Shown: positions 14,054 to 29,390 of the stretch, one piece after another
How the letters are laid out: the number at the start of each line of letters is the position of its first letter
Position numbering within the stretch: the first letter of the stretch is position 1
Assembly: GCF_055900595.2 (NCBI RefSeq)
Contig: NZ_CM148325.1
Length of the DNA: 64,000 bases
Reading direction: 5' to 3' (one strand)
Notes under the pieces: generated by a model
Seen by the model: only the letters and a program-made list of their open reading frames with translations
Database searches by the model: none
Told to the model about the DNA's origin: nothing
Program-made: the position numbers and the translations under genes

Positions 14054-14332
14054 TTACCAGGATGATTCTCAAAACAGCACAAATAATCAAAGATGATTTT
14101 TTCGGGAGCGATCCCGTTGACGCCAGAGCCACCAAGGGGTGACGCACGTCACATTTCTATTCATAAGTAGCGTTAATCATTCATATCGCGAATATTTTCT
14201 TGTCAGCGAAAAAAATTGCGGATAAGGTGATGAACACATCAGATTTCCTGGTGTAACGAATTTTTTAAGTGCTTCTTGCTTAAGCAAGTTTCATCCCGAC
14301 CCCCTCAGGGTCGGGATTTTTTTATTGTGCAT

Positions 14333-14560
14333 TCAACGATTCACTTCAGAGACGCTGAAGTCATGAATATCCAGTTCGAAGGCATCCGCCAATTCACGCC
14401 ATGTATGATATTCACGTCCATCGACGCTAACGTGTTCAGAATCGTTCTGGCTGCGATGAACTTCGCTTTCGCTAATTTCATTGATCGCCGCCAGCAGGGC
14501 ATCGACATCGACGCTGACCTCACGTTTTGCGGTATCGCTGTACTCTTTTGCGGTTTTCAT
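14333..14560 (-). CDS. yodD: Stress-induced small protein YodD
   Basis: Start trimmed to MKTAKEYSDTAKRE... Confidence 0.7.
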   Translation of the reverse strand: MKTAKEYSDTAKREVSVDVDALLAAINEISESEVHRSQNDSEHVSVDGREYHTWRELADAFELDIHDFSVSEVNR

Positions 14561-14632
14561 CATCTTTCCTCGCAACCGTTACTCTGTTGTTGCCGCCAGT
14601 CGTTAAGTCCGCCTGGCATCTCTTAAGTATAG

Positions 14633-14911
<279 letters not shown>

Positions 14912-14954
14912 TCTTATTCAGCCTGACTGGTGGGAAACCACCAGTCAGAATGTG

Positions 14955-15578
14955 TTAGCGCATGTTGACAAAAATACCATTAGTCACATTATCCGTCAGT
15001 CGGACGACATGGTAGATAACCTGTTTATTATGCGTTTTGATCTTACGTTTAATATTACCTTTATGCGATGAAACGGTCTTGGCTTTGATATTCATTTGGT
15101 CAGAGATTTGAATGGTTCCCTGACCTGCCATCCACATTCGCAACATACTCGATTCGGTTCGGCTCAATGATAACGTCGGCATATTTAAAAAAGAGGTTAT
15201 CGTTGTCTCTTTTTTCAGAATATCGCCAAGGATATCGTCGAGAGATTCCGGTTTAATCGATTTAGAACTTATCAATAAATTTTTTCTGACCAATAGATAT
15301 TCATCAAAATGAACATTGGCAATTGCCATAAAAACGATAAATAACGTATTGGGATGTTGATTAATGATGTGCTTGATGTGCTGACTGTTAGAAGCATCAT
15401 GGATGAAACAGTCCTCATTAATAAACACCACTGAAGGGCGCTTTGAATCACAAGCTATGGCAAGGTCATCAACGGTTTCAATGTCGTTGATTTCTCTTTT
15501 TTTAACCCCTCTACTCAACAGATACCCGGTTAAACCTAGTCGGGTGTAACTACATAAATCCATAATAATCGTTGACAT
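14955..15578 (-). CDS. rcsA: RcsA, LuxR-type auxiliary regulator of capsule synthesis
   Basis: 207-aa ORF with C-terminal LuxR HTH. Confidence 0.9.
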   Translation of the reverse strand: MSTIIMDLCSYTRLGLTGYLLSRGVKKREINDIETVDDLAIACDSKRPSVVFINEDCFIHDASNSQHIKHIINQHPNTLFIVFMAIANVHFDEYLLVRKNLLISSKSIKPESLDDILGDILKKETTITSFLNMPTLSLSRTESSMLRMWMAGQGTIQISDQMNIKAKTVSSHKGNIKRKIKTHNKQVIYHVVRLTDNVTNGIFVNMR

Positions 15579-15867
15579 GGCATACCCTCACTCAATGCGT
15601 AACGATAATTCCCCTTACCTGAATATTTCATCATGACTAAACGGAACAACATGGGTCACCTAATGCGCCACTCTCGCGATTTTTCAGGCGGACTTACTAT
15701 CCCGTAAAGTGTTGTATAATTTGCCTGGAATTGTCTTAAAGTAAAGTAAATGTTGCGATATGTGAGTGAGCTTAAAACAAATATTTCGCCGCAGGAGTAT
15801 CCTGGAAGATGTTCGCAGGTATTATTTTTCGGATAATCCTTAGGATAACATGATAAACGTTACGGAA

Positions 15868-16653
15868 TTATATTAATGGCAATTCACTAATAATATCAGC
15901 CAGCAAATTAAACATCTCACTGAATAAATGTTCGCAAAAAGGTGCAATTAACGGCATTAATGCCGCCATTAAAGAGATACCGACAGTCAGAGTTAATGGA
16001 AATCCAATAACAAAAATGGATAATTGCGGGGCCATACGATTCAGTAAACCTAATGCCAGATTCAGGGTCAGCAGCAGAGTAATGAGCGGTAACGCCAGCA
16101 TCAGCCCGTTAAGGAAAATCAAACTCCCTGCTTTGGTGAGTGCCAGAAACGCATTGCTGTTCAACGGTTCGCCACCAATTGGCAGGGTGTGAAAGGTATC
16201 GACCAGCAGTGAAATCAACCATAAATGACCGTTAAATGTCAGGAACAGCAGTAACGCCAGCATATCCATGATACGCGCTAAAACGGGCATATTGAGATGG
16301 CTGGCCGGATCGACAAACGTCGCAAATGACAGCCCCATTTGCAGACCGATAATTTCGCCAGCGGTTCGCACAGCGGCAAAGGCAAATTGCATGGTAAAAC
16401 CAAGCGCAATGCCGATCAGGATCTGCTGCACGGCCAGCCACAGAGCAAAGAACGAAAAAACAGGAACATCGTTGGCAGGTAATGATGGGGCAATAGCGAA
16501 CGTGATCATCATTGCCAGACCCAGTTTTACCCGTTTCGGCACGCTGAGTTCGCTCAGAATTGGCGCGGTAGAAATGAGCGCCAGCACGCGCAGTAACGGC
16601 CAGAAGTACAGACTTAGCCAGGAAAGCCATTGATCGCTTGTCACCTGCATCAT
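15868..16653 (-). CDS. fliR: Flagellar export apparatus protein FliR
   Basis: 261-aa polytopic membrane protein at the end of the fliLMNOPQR block. Confidence 0.92.
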   Translation of the reverse strand: MMQVTSDQWLSWLSLYFWPLLRVLALISTAPILSELSVPKRVKLGLAMMITFAIAPSLPANDVPVFSFFALWLAVQQILIGIALGFTMQFAFAAVRTAGEIIGLQMGLSFATFVDPASHLNMPVLARIMDMLALLLFLTFNGHLWLISLLVDTFHTLPIGGEPLNSNAFLALTKAGSLIFLNGLMLALPLITLLLTLNLALGLLNRMAPQLSIFVIGFPLTLTVGISLMAALMPLIAPFCEHLFSEMFNLLADIISELPLI

Positions 16654-16661
16654 TGTACGGG

Positions 16662-16931
16662 CTACCCGATGATATACGGCAGGTTAGTGAACAAGGTGCG
16701 GACGTAATCCAGCAACAGATTGAGCATCCACGGTCCGGCAATAATAATGGCAATAAATACGGCGATGATTTTTGGAATAAACGACAGCGTCATTTCGTTG
16801 ATCTGCGTGGCGGCCTGCAAAATACTGATGATAAGGCCCGTGACCAGCGCCACCAGCAACAGCGGGGCAGCCAGTGCCAGCGCGACTTTCATCGCTTCAG
16901 TCCCCATCATCATGACCGATTCAGGTGTCAT
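16662..16931 (-). CDS. fliQ: Flagellar export apparatus protein FliQ
   Basis: 89-aa ORF. Confidence 0.92.
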   Translation of the reverse strand: MTPESVMMMGTEAMKVALALAAPLLLVALVTGLIISILQAATQINEMTLSFIPKIIAVFIAIIIAGPWMLNLLLDYVRTLFTNLPYIIG

Positions 16932-16940
16932 TTTGCCTCT

Positions 16941-17678
16941 CTAGCTGTAAAAGCTCTGCGCCAGCGAACCGACCAGCAATTGCCAGCCATCCACCAGTAC
17001 AAACAGCATCAGTTTAAAGGGCAGAGCAATGGTGGCGGGGGGGACCATCATCATCCCCAATGCCATCAACACGCTGGCAATCACCAGGTCGATAATCAAA
17101 AAAGGGATGAAAATCGTGAAGCCTATCTGAAATGCGGTTTTCAACTCGCTGGTCACGTAGGCCGGGAGCAAAATGCGCATCGGCACGGCTTCAGGTCCCT
17201 GCAACGGGCCAGTATTCGCCAGTCTGGCAAACAACCCTAAATCCGCCTCACGGGTCTGACGCAGCATAAACTCACGCAGCGGCTGCGCCCCTTTTTCCAG
17301 CGCCTCCTGCATTGATATTTTCTCTTCGCTGAATGGCTGGTACGCATCGACATAAATTTTGTCGATCACCGGCGACATAATAAAAAAGGTCAAAAACAGC
17401 GCCAACCCCAGCAATACCTGGTTAGGTGGCGCGGAGGGTGTTCCCAGCGCGTTACGCAATAAACCAAAAACAATGATGATGCGGGTGAAACTGGTCATCA
17501 TCAGTAAAATTGCCGGAATAAACGTCAACGAGGTGATGAACACCAGCGTCTGCACCGGGAGCGACCAGCTTTGTCCACCGCCAGGCAGCGGCTGGCTGGT
17601 GATACCCGGCAGTTGCGCGAAGGCGAGGGGCGTAACCAGCCAGAGAAGGACAGGTGCGACAGACAACAAACGACGCAT
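16941..17678 (-). CDS. fliP: Flagellar export apparatus protein FliP
   Basis: 245-aa ORF with signal peptide. Confidence 0.92.
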   Translation of the reverse strand: MRRLLSVAPVLLWLVTPLAFAQLPGITSQPLPGGGQSWSLPVQTLVFITSLTFIPAILLMMTSFTRIIIVFGLLRNALGTPSAPPNQVLLGLALFLTFFIMSPVIDKIYVDAYQPFSEEKISMQEALEKGAQPLREFMLRQTREADLGLFARLANTGPLQGPEAVPMRILLPAYVTSELKTAFQIGFTIFIPFLIIDLVIASVLMALGMMMVPPATIALPFKLMLFVLVDGWQLLVGSLAQSFYS

Positions 17679-18043
17679 CAGGATCTCCCACTACGCTTAA
17701 GCAAATTTTTCATGACCGACTGAAAATCGGTCTGCGGTATCTCTTCTGTTGGTGCTGAAGGGGGAAGTTTATGCAGCAGATTGATTTGCCCTGCGGTAAC
17801 GCCGAGCACCAGCCGTGCATCTTCCACATCGACCACCACAACCCGTTCACGCGCGCCCAGCGAAGCACTGGCGCTAATTTTCAGACCGTTAACGCCAGTT
17901 CGTTTCGGGGCAAATCCCAACCGTTTTACCAGCCAGGCAGCAGCGAGGATCAGGGCAATAATGGCGATGAGTGCGCCGCTCACCTGCAGCAGTGGCGCAG
18001 CAGAAACCGGCGCGGAAGATTGCACAGTAGCGTGGTTATTCAT
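17678..18043 (-). CDS. fliO: Flagellar protein FliO
   Basis: Start taken at MNNHATVQ... Confidence 0.85.
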   Translation of the reverse strand: MNNHATVQSSAPVSAAPLLQVSGALIAIIALILAAAWLVKRLGFAPKRTGVNGLKISASASLGARERVVVVDVEDARLVLGVTAGQINLLHKLPPSAPTEEIPQTDFQSVMKNLLKRSGRS

Positions 18044-18045
18044 CA

Positions 18046-18459
18046 CTAACGGCTCAGGCGGCGCATTCGCTCAGACGGAGTAATGATATCGGTGATCCGC
18101 ACGCCATATTTATCGGCAACGACCACCACTTCGCCCTGGGCGATTAAATAACCGTTGATCAGAATATCCAGCGGTTCGCCCGCCAGACCGTCCAGCGCCA
18201 CGACTGACCCTTGCGTCAGACGCAACAGCTCTTTGATGGTCATCCGTGTGCGGCCCAGCTCGACGGTCAGCTTGACCGGAATATCCATAATCAGGTCGAT
18301 ATCCTGCAACGTTCCGCTGACATCACCACCGCCAAATTGCTGGAACACCGCGTCGGCAGCGCTTTTGCTACTGGTTGATTTTTGTTCGCTCAACGCTTCA
18401 GCCCACAGATCGTCCATTGCGCCGTTGTTGTCATCGGCCGGATTATTCATGTCACTCAT
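18046..18459 (-). CDS. fliN: Flagellar motor switch protein FliN
   Basis: 137-aa ORF. Confidence 0.92.
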   Translation of the reverse strand: MSDMNNPADDNNGAMDDLWAEALSEQKSTSSKSAADAVFQQFGGGDVSGTLQDIDLIMDIPVKLTVELGRTRMTIKELLRLTQGSVVALDGLAGEPLDILINGYLIAQGEVVVVADKYGVRITDIITPSERMRRLSR

Positions 18460-19460
18460 TTGGGCTGTTCCTCGTTCAGAGAATTTAAAATCGGGTTAAT
18501 CAAATGTTCTATCCGTAACGCATACTGACCGTTGAGAGTGCCGTACTGACTGGTCAGCACCGGGACGCCGTCAACATGGGCGATGATGCGATCGGGTTTT
18601 TCTATCGGCAGGACGTCGCCGGGTTTCAGTTTTAAAATCTGCGACAGGCGTAGCGAGATATCGGCAAAGTTGGCGACCAGCTCCAGCTGTGAATGCTGCA
18701 CCTGGCGCACCAGGTTATCGCGCCAGTTCTGATCTTCATTACGCGAGTTTTCCAGCGGCGGGTTAACCAACAATTCCCGTAGCGGCTCGATCATGCTGAA
18801 TGGCAGACAGATATTAAATTCGCCGGTCAGGTTGCCAATCTCCACATGGAACGGCGTGTTAACCACAATGTCGTTCGGCGAGGTGGTGATATTGGTAAAT
18901 TTCACCTGCATTTCCGAACGCACGTACTCAACTTCCAGCGGATTAATCGCCTTCCAGGCGTCGCTATAGCCTTCAAGCGCCAGCTTTAACATGCGGTTGA
19001 TGACGCGCTGTTCGGTATGGGTAAACTCGCGACCTTCCACTTTGGTCGGGAAGCGTCCATCGCCGCCAAACAGGTTATCCACGGCGATAAACACCAGACT
19101 CGGTGAAAACACCACCAGCCCTGTGCCGCGCAGCGGTTTCAGATGGATAAGGTTCAGGTTGGTCGGCACCGGCAGGTTGCGGGCAAATTCATGGTACGGC
19201 TGAATGCGGATGGCCCCGACGGTAATATCCGGGCTACGGCGCAGCAGGTTGAACAGCCCCATACGAAAATGGCGAGCAAAGCGCTCATTAATGATTTCCA
19301 GCGCCTGCAAACGTTCGCGCACAACCCGTCGTTGGGTATTCGGATCGTACGGACGAATGTCACTTTCGCCGCTAACACTGGCTGTCGGTTCGTCTTTGAC
19401 TTCGCTGTCGCCATTCAACAGCGCATCAATTTCAGCTTGAGAAAGAATACTATCGCCCAT
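18456..19460 (-). CDS. fliM: Flagellar motor switch protein FliM
   Basis: Start trimmed to MGDSILSQAEIDALL (residue 35 of the track ORF). Confidence 0.9.
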   Translation of the reverse strand: MGDSILSQAEIDALLNGDSEVKDEPTASVSGESDIRPYDPNTQRRVVRERLQALEIINERFARHFRMGLFNLLRRSPDITVGAIRIQPYHEFARNLPVPTNLNLIHLKPLRGTGLVVFSPSLVFIAVDNLFGGDGRFPTKVEGREFTHTEQRVINRMLKLALEGYSDAWKAINPLEVEYVRSEMQVKFTNITTSPNDIVVNTPFHVEIGNLTGEFNICLPFSMIEPLRELLVNPPLENSRNEDQNWRDNLVRQVQHSQLELVANFADISLRLSQILKLKPGDVLPIEKPDRIIAHVDGVPVLTSQYGTLNGQYALRIEHLINPILNSLNEEQPK

Positions 19461-19464
19461 GTCG

Positions 19465-19929
19465 TTATCGCAGAATAAAAGCGGTATACAGCACGTCGGT
19501 GACATCCTGTTTCGGTTGCCCGGCAACAAGCGGGGTGGAAAGCGTGGTTTTAATCTCGGCAATCAGGTTTTTCTTGCCTTCTTCTGTCGCCAGTACGGCA
19601 GCATCCTGACGCGAAAACAGTAACAGCAAACGGCTACGGACTTCCGGCAAATACTCACTCAGCCGCGAGCGGGTAGCTTCATCTTTCAGGCGCAGGGTTA
19701 TGCCGATATACAGCACGCGATCCGCATCGCCCAAATTGACCGTGAAGGTATCCAGCGCATAGAAGACCGGTGAGGGCACGACGCGTTGCTGCGCTTTGTC
19801 TTCAGCGGCAACCTGATGCGAATGCCAGTAGCTGTAACCTGCGCTGGCACAGGCCGCGAGGGTAATGAATACCAGAATCGGGATCCAAAGCGATCGCTTG
19901 CTTTTCTTGCTTATCGCGTAATCAGTCAT
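19465..19929 (-). CDS. fliL: Flagellar basal-body-associated protein FliL
   Basis: 154-aa ORF with one TM helix. Confidence 0.9.
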   Translation of the reverse strand: MTDYAISKKSKRSLWIPILVFITLAACASAGYSYWHSHQVAAEDKAQQRVVPSPVFYALDTFTVNLGDADRVLYIGITLRLKDEATRSRLSEYLPEVRSRLLLLFSRQDAAVLATEEGKKNLIAEIKTTLSTPLVAGQPKQDVTDVLYTAFILR

Positions 19930-20033
19930 GTGTTGCGGTCTTCCTGTGTCGCTACTGCTTATCGGCTAATTATCCTGCGTCTTGAGCGCAACAAAGCGGG
20001 GAAAAGACGCGGATTACGGTGCTACCTCTGACG

Positions 20034-21161
20034 TTAGGCGAAAATATCAACGCCGCTGTTGCCTGTTACGCGCCCTTGTAAAGAGACGGGAACCGGAAGC
20101 GTATCGTCTTCTTCCCCCGCCAGAGGTTCATGGTTTACTGTGCGTTGGCTTTGCTGTTGTTGGGAAGCGGCCTGCTGCTGACCACTAAAGCTTTCGCCAC
20201 TGATGTTGCTTTGCCCTAACTGAATGCCACTTTCGGCCAGCTGCGTACGCAGTACCGGCAGCGCTGCTTCCAGGGCGGCGCGTACATGCTGATGCGGTGA
20301 AACCATCTGGATTTGTGCCTGGTTATCATCCACTTTGAGGGAGATTTGCACTTCACCTAAATCCTGCGGGTGCAGACGCAACTCTGCACTTTGTTGCCCC
20401 TGGCGGGTGAACAGCGAAATATGCTGGCTTAATGATTGTTGCCATTCGTGAGAACCCAGCGGTGCACTCAACACAGGCGCGGCGACGGTGGGCAGTGGCT
20501 GTGTCTGGTGTGGAGTGATTAGCGGGCTGGCGGCAGCGGTCACCGGTGAAGGTGTGCTGATGACTTCCGCTTTACTCTGGGCTTCTGCTACCAGCGGTGT
20601 TAATGGCTGAGCTGGCGTGCCGGGGGCATCATCAGGCTGTGCTGTTGTGAGTTGCGCAGAAGTCAGTTTTGTGAAGAGCGTTGGTTTCTCTGCCGGTAAC
20701 ACGGTTGACGGCACATCAGTCACTTTGGGCGTATTGTCAAAACCCGGCAACATCGCAAAAAGGGCGCTCAGGCTTGCGGTGACGTCTTCATTCAGATCAT
20801 CCGCTTTTTCGTCTTTTGCCGTATTGTTGCCAGCCACCGCAGCCAACGTCATCGTTTGAGCGGTGGTTAATGGTGTTGATGTGGATTGTTCGTCGTTGAT
20901 GACAGGCGGTGTTTCATCCACAGGGATCAGTAAATCCGCTTGTTGCGCATCGGCAAGAATCTCGCTGACCAGCGGCTCGCCTTTTGTCGTGGGCTTATCT
21001 GTTGCCACCAGCAACTGGGGGGCCGCTTTGTCGGTAGTTGTCTCGCCTGCTAATGCTTCGCTCAACAACGCGAGAAAATCTTGTGCAGCATCGCTGGCTT
21101 TGCCGCCAGGCAATGTGGTGGTGTCAACGTCGGCGGTAATCAAGGGCGCTAAGCGAATCAT
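20034..21161 (-). CDS. fliK: Flagellar hook-length control protein FliK
   Basis: 375-aa ORF with a Pro/Ala/Thr-rich central region. Confidence 0.9.
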   Translation of the reverse strand: MIRLAPLITADVDTTTLPGGKASDAAQDFLALLSEALAGETTTDKAAPQLLVATDKPTTKGEPLVSEILADAQQADLLIPVDETPPVINDEQSTSTPLTTAQTMTLAAVAGNNTAKDEKADDLNEDVTASLSALFAMLPGFDNTPKVTDVPSTVLPAEKPTLFTKLTSAQLTTAQPDDAPGTPAQPLTPLVAEAQSKAEVISTPSPVTAAASPLITPHQTQPLPTVAAPVLSAPLGSHEWQQSLSQHISLFTRQGQQSAELRLHPQDLGEVQISLKVDDNQAQIQMVSPHQHVRAALEAALPVLRTQLAESGIQLGQSNISGESFSGQQQAASQQQQSQRTVNHEPLAGEEDDTLPVPVSLQGRVTGNSGVDIFA

Positions 21162-21601
21162 TCAGGTTTCCTCATGGCGGCGCGCTGGGCGAACTCATCC
21201 ATCTTTTTCTGATCGAGGCGGTTTTCTGCAAGCAGTGCCGCCGTGGATTGCCGTTCCTGCAGTGTCTGCCAGGCCTGCAAACGTTGTTTCTTTTCTCGCC
21301 AGCTGTTCAGGGCAATGTCAACTTTCTGCGTCCACTGATTAAGTTGCTGGCGATGCTGAGTAATGGCTTTTTCCAACGTCTGGATAAACTGCTGATAGTT
21401 GATCCAGCGGTTGCTGGTCATCCCGGCACTCATATCGCTATTGAGGTTATTGCGATATTCATTCTGATAATCGATCAGCATTTTGAGCTGTTCTTCCGCC
21501 TGCTGACATCCGCGACGCATTTCACCCAGCAGGCGCGCGGCATCCTCTACCTCTTTTTCTGCCAGATCTTTCAGGGTCGCCAGCGCACCATGTTCTGCCA
21601 T
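21158..21601 (-). CDS. fliJ: Flagellar export chaperone FliJ
   Basis: 147-aa coiled-coil ORF. Confidence 0.9.
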   Translation of the reverse strand: MAEHGALATLKDLAEKEVEDAARLLGEMRRGCQQAEEQLKMLIDYQNEYRNNLNSDMSAGMTSNRWINYQQFIQTLEKAITQHRQQLNQWTQKVDIALNSWREKKQRLQAWQTLQERQSTAALLAENRLDQKKMDEFAQRAAMRKPE

Positions 21602-21619
21602 CTACCGTTATCTCCTGGG

Positions 21620-22992
21620 TTATGACACTGTCGGGAAAATACGCTCCAGCCCCTGGAGAGACGCTTCCCAGTCCGCACGTTCAAAAATGCCTTGTTGCAA
21701 ATAGCCCTCCAGCTGCGGCCACAGGGCGATGGCTTTATCGAGCATCGGATCGCTGCCTTTGGCATACGCGCCGACGCTAACCAGATCGCGGTTACGCTGA
21801 AAACTCGACAACAGCTGTTTGAAGGTGCGCACTCGCGCGTAATGTTGCTCACTGATCAACGCCGTCATTGCGCGGCTGATCGACGCTTCAATATCGATAG
21901 CCGGATAGTGCCCGGCTTCCGCCAGTCGGCGAGACAGCACAATGTGACCGTCGAGGATTGCCCGCGCAGAGTCGGCAATGGGGTCCTGCTGGTCATCGCC
22001 CTCGGTGAGCACGGTATAAAACGCGGTAATCGAGCCGCCGCCGCTAATGCCATTTCCGGCACGCTCGACCAGTGCCGGTAATTTGGCAAACACCGACGGG
22101 GGATAACCTTTGGTGGCGGGTGGTTCGCCAATCGCCAGCGCAATTTCACGCTGGGCCATCGCATAGCGGGTGAGGGAGTCCATAATCAGCAACACATGCT
22201 GACCACGATCGCGAAAATCTTCGGCAATGCGCGTGGCATAGGCGGCACCCTGCATTCGCAGGAGCGGAGAAACATCCGCCGGAGCGGCAATCACTACTGA
22301 GCGTGCACGTCCTTCGGCACCGAGGATATTCTCAATAAAATCTTTTACTTCGCGTCCGCGTTCACCAATTAAACCAACGACAATGACATCGGCGCGGGTG
22401 TAACGGGCCATCATCCCCAGCAGCACACTTTTACCAACGCCGGACCCGGCAAACAGCCCCATACGCTGCCCGCGCCCGACGGTAAGCAGGGCATTGATTG
22501 GGCGCACGCCGGTGTCCAGCACATGTTCAATCGGTGTACGTTGCAATGGGTTAAATGGTGGGGTAATCAGCGCACCGGTTTCCGTCGTATCGGGGGAGGG
22601 GAGGCCATCGAGCGGTTTACCGCTGCCGTCCAGAACGCGACCTAATAACGCCGGACCGAGCGGCAACTGCTTGCCGCTTTGCAGTCCTTCAGCCGAAATG
22701 TTTTTGGCATAAACCCGCGCGCCGGGCAGGACACCTTCCACTTCCTCCAGCGGCATTAAAAACAGCCGTTGACCGTTAAAGCCAACGACTTCGCTTTCTA
22801 CTTCGTGCGTTTCGCTGCCGTTCTGACGCTCAATGACACAGGTTGCGCCGAGCGGCAATTGTAATCCGGTGGCTTCCAGCACCAGCCCGGTAGCGCGGGT
22901 TAATCGCCCGTAGCGACGTACCGCAGGCAACTGCGCCATTTTGGCTTCGAAGTTATCCAGCGTGGTTAGCCAGCGAGTCAGGCGCGTGGTCA

Positions 22993-22993
<1 letters not shown>
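21620..22993 (-). CDS. fliI: Flagellum-specific ATPase FliI
   Basis: 457-aa ORF with Walker A GSGVGKS. Confidence 0.95.
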
Positions 22994-26318
<3,325 letters not shown>

Positions 26319-26532
26319 CGCGCACCTCGTGGCTGATTATGGACGGCGTTATTGGCAAAGTGGAACAAGACTCACTCCCGGGTCAGCAAACTCGAAAAAT
26401 TGACGCTCCCATTATTTGTGCTTTCGTTTTTTTCTATCCGCCAATAAACCCGTTTTTTTGTTGCTATTTAGCGCCTTTGTCTTATTGACTTACTGGTAGG
26501 CTTTGCTACCAGAAATTATCCGGGAGACGAAA
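26319..26532. promoter_or_regulatory. Divergent fliF / fliE promoter region
   Basis: Intergenic region between divergent fliF and fliE; FlhD4C2-dependent class 2 status is inferred from K-12 knowledge, no binding box was mapped here. Confidence 0.5.
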
Positions 26533-26847
26533 ATGTCAGCGATACAGGGGATTGAAGGGGTTATCAGCCAGTTACAGGCTACGGCGATGAGTGCGCGTGC
26601 ACAGGAATCACTGCCACAACCGACCATTAGTTTTGCCGGGCAGCTGCACGCCGCGCTCGATCGCATAAGCGATACACAAACAGCCGCCCGCACGCAGGCA
26701 GAAAAATTCACCCTCGGTGAACCCGGCGTGGCGTTAAACGATGTGATGACCGATATGCAAAAAGCCTCAGTTTCTATGCAAATGGGGATTCAGGTGCGTA
26801 ATAAGCTGGTGGCGGCGTATCAGGAAGTGATGTCCATGCAGGTGTAG
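26533..26847 (+). CDS. fliE: Flagellar hook-basal body protein FliE
   Basis: Start trimmed to [10 protein letters not shown]... (104 aa). Confidence 0.9.
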   Translation: MSAIQGIEGVISQLQATAMSARAQESLPQPTISFAGQLHAALDRISDTQTAARTQAEKFTLGEPGVALNDVMTDMQKASVSMQMGIQVRNKLVAAYQEVMSMQV

Positions 26848-27179
26848 GTTTTGTAACCTGTTGGTAATTACATCCCATCTGCCCGCGTGGGCATGGATGG
26901 GGCAAACTCACCCTATTTCTGGTTTAAAATGGATACCTGATCCTGAAAGTTTTCTGCCATCCACGATCCGTAAACGCGATAACATGTTTTGTCTTCGCTT
27001 TGCTCATAGGAAGAGTGAACTCTTTTGTTAGCCTGGGGTTCCTTCTGATCATTATTGTTCCTGCCTTTATCTCTTGCCACGCCAGAGCCCCCTGGATACA
27101 CATACACCAGGATGAAAACGGTGAGTTGTGTTCAAACTGTAGTACAATTCTCTCCAGTATGAACAGGAAAGAATATGCT

Positions 27180-27512
27180 ATGAACCCTTATATTTATCTT
27201 GGTGGCGCAATACTTGCAGAGGTCATTGGTACAACCTTAATGAAGTTTTCAGAGGGGTTTACACGGTTATGGCCCTCTGTTGGCACAATTATTTGCTATT
27301 GTGCATCATTTTGGTTATTAGCTCAGACACTGGCTTATATACCTACAGGGATTGCTTATGCTATCTGGTCAGGAGTCGGTATCGTTCTGATTAGTTTGCT
27401 TTCCTGGGGATTTTTTGGCCAACGACTGGACTTGCCAGCCATCATAGGCATGATGTTGATTTGTGCCGGTGTGTTAGTCATTAACTTGTTGTCACGAAGC
27501 GCACCGCATTAA
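27180..27512 (+). CDS. emrE: Small multidrug resistance (SMR) efflux transporter EmrE
   Basis: 110-aa four-TM protein MNPYIYLGGAILAEVIGTTLMKFSEGF... with the conserved Glu14; ATG at 27180 inside a longer track ORF. Confidence 0.9.
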   Translation: MNPYIYLGGAILAEVIGTTLMKFSEGFTRLWPSVGTIICYCASFWLLAQTLAYIPTGIAYAIWSGVGIVLISLLSWGFFGQRLDLPAIIGMMLICAGVLVINLLSRSAPH

Positions 27513-27680
27513 AAAATAATCATCCTTGAGATAACAGGAATCTGATTTGTGCATATTATGGCTAATGTTCGGGGCAACTTTATAATTATGATTGCATTTG
27601 CGCGATCATTGCGCCTTTTTGCATAATGAGATCAATGCACATCAAATAAAATAACGATAGGTCACAACAAAGAGGTTTTT

Positions 27681-28232
27681 ATGAAAAAACTTATCGTTTC
27701 AAGTGTATTGGCATTCATAACATTTTCTGCGCAGGCCGCAGCATTTCAGGTCACTAGTAATGAAATAAAAACAGGAGAGCAACTTACAACGTCTCATGTA
27801 TTTTCTGGATTTGGGTGTGAGGGGGGTAATACATCGCCCTCATTAACCTGGTCTGGTGCTCCAGAAGGCACCAAAAGCTTTGCCGTAACTGTGTATGATC
27901 CAGATGCGCCTACAGGCAGCGGATGGTGGCACTGGACTGTTGCTAATATTCCAGCAACGGTAACATATTTGCCCGCTGATGCAGGAAGACGTGATGGTAC
28001 AAAACTTCCGACTGGTGCTGTCCAAGGCCGAAATGATTTTGGCTATGCGGGATTTGGTGGAGCATGTCCTCCCAAAGGAGATAAACCCCATCATTACCAG
28101 TTTAAAATATGGGCTCTAAAAACTGATAAGATTCCTGTGGATTCTAATTCCAGCGGAGCGTTAGTTGGTTATATGCTTAATGCCAATAAAATTGCAACCG
28201 CTGAGATAATACCCGTTTATGAGGTAAAGTAG
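27681..28232 (+). CDS. ybcL: Periplasmic PEBP/RKIP-family protein YbcL
   Basis: 183-aa ORF with signal peptide; matches YbcL. Confidence 0.85.
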   Translation: MKKLIVSSVLAFITFSAQAAAFQVTSNEIKTGEQLTTSHVFSGFGCEGGNTSPSLTWSGAPEGTKSFAVTVYDPDAPTGSGWWHWTVANIPATVTYLPADAGRRDGTKLPTGAVQGRNDFGYAGFGGACPPKGDKPHHYQFKIWALKTDKIPVDSNSSGALVGYMLNANKIATAEIIPVYEVK

Positions 28233-28241
28233 GATAAGAGT

Positions 28242-29039
28242 ATGCTGGCAAAAGATAGGACTAACCTAAAGATTGAAGAAATACGGATGCATAAACATCA
28301 TGAGATTCACAGGGTTAAGCCTCTTATGCCAGCTTTATGTCGTATCCGTCAGGGAAAAAAAGTTATCAATTGGGAGACGCATAGTCTAACTGTTGATAAT
28401 AATCAGATAATATTATTTCCCTGTGGATATGAATTTTATATTGCGAATTACCCAGAAGCAGGTCTTTATCTTGCAGAAATGCTTTATTATCCCATTGATC
28501 TAATTGAAAAGTTCCAAAATCTTTATGCGATAACCGATCAAATTCGTAACACGACAGGTTTCTGCTTACCTCAGAATCCCGAGTTAATATATTGTTGGGA
28601 GCAACTAAAAACATCTATTTCCCGAGGCTTCTCAACGCAAATTCAGGAACACTTAGCAATGGGCGTTCTACTTTCATTAGGAGCACATCATGTTAATTGT
28701 TTACTTTTATCAGATAGTAAACAATCATTAATAAGTCGTTGTTATAACCTAATGCTATCCGAACCTGGAACAAAATGGACAGCAAACAAGGTAGCGAGAT
28801 ATCTCTACATTTCTGTTTCCACATTGCATCGCCGTCTGGCAAGCGAGGGAGTAAGTTTTCAAAGTATATTGGACGACGTGAGGTTAAATAATGCGTTGTC
28901 TGCTATACAAACGACAGTAAAACCCATCAGCGAGATTGCCAGGGAAAATGGTTACAAGTGTCCTTCTCGTTTTACTGAAAGGTTCCATAATCGTTTTAAG
29001 ATAACACCAAGAGAGCTAAGAAAAGCGTCCAGAGAGTAA
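28242..29039 (+). CDS. ybcM: AraC-family transcriptional regulator YbcM
   Basis: 265-aa ORF with C-terminal AraC-type HTH. Confidence 0.82.
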   Translation: MLAKDRTNLKIEEIRMHKHHEIHRVKPLMPALCRIRQGKKVINWETHSLTVDNNQIILFPCGYEFYIANYPEAGLYLAEMLYYPIDLIEKFQNLYAITDQIRNTTGFCLPQNPELIYCWEQLKTSISRGFSTQIQEHLAMGVLLSLGAHHVNCLLLSDSKQSLISRCYNLMLSEPGTKWTANKVARYLYISVSTLHRRLASEGVSFQSILDDVRLNNALSAIQTTVKPISEIARENGYKCPSRFTERFHNRFKITPRELRKASRE

Positions 29040-29330
29040 AAGTATTTTATGAAGGAGCAACAGCATCGATTTTTATTTTAGAAAATAAATACGGCATACT
29101 CAACCTATTGGAGCCTGAACAATCCGGTGACTTCTGCGCTAATCGGGGACGTTTATAAGCACATATAATTGATATTATCGTCCTCCATCACAATTTCAGA
29201 AATGCACGTGTGATTTTTTTGCATCCGGCGTTTGGACTATGTGGAGTTCAAGAGTGGGAAAGTTACAAGAGGTTGAGGGGATAATTAAAGGGATGCTTAT
29301 GACATTAGATATCCGGATAGGTACGGATAT

Positions 29331-29390
29331 CGTTGTTATTAAATCTAGTTTGTTGTTATTAAATCTAGTTCGTTGTTATTAAATCTGGTT
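29331..29390. repeat. Three tandem copies of a 20-bp unit (YGTTGTTATTAAATCTRGTT)
   Basis: Direct head-to-tail copies at 29331-29350, 29351-29370 and 29371-29390, differing at one or two positions each. Confidence 0.9.

Noticed and set aside
16232-17240. ORFs of 173 aa (minus) and 200 aa (plus) overlapping fliR/fliQ/fliP
   Set aside because: Out-of-frame or antisense to the fliPQR genes; His/Arg/Gln-rich nonsense translations.
27000-27179. 60-codon N-terminal extension of the emrE ORF
   Set aside because: EmrE is a 110-aa protein starting MNPYIYLGG with an ATG at 27180; the upstream extension has no conserved sequence.
29331-29390. Possible CRISPR array
   Set aside because: Three contiguous 20-bp units with no intervening spacers and no cas genes nearby; a simple tandem repeat, not CRISPR.
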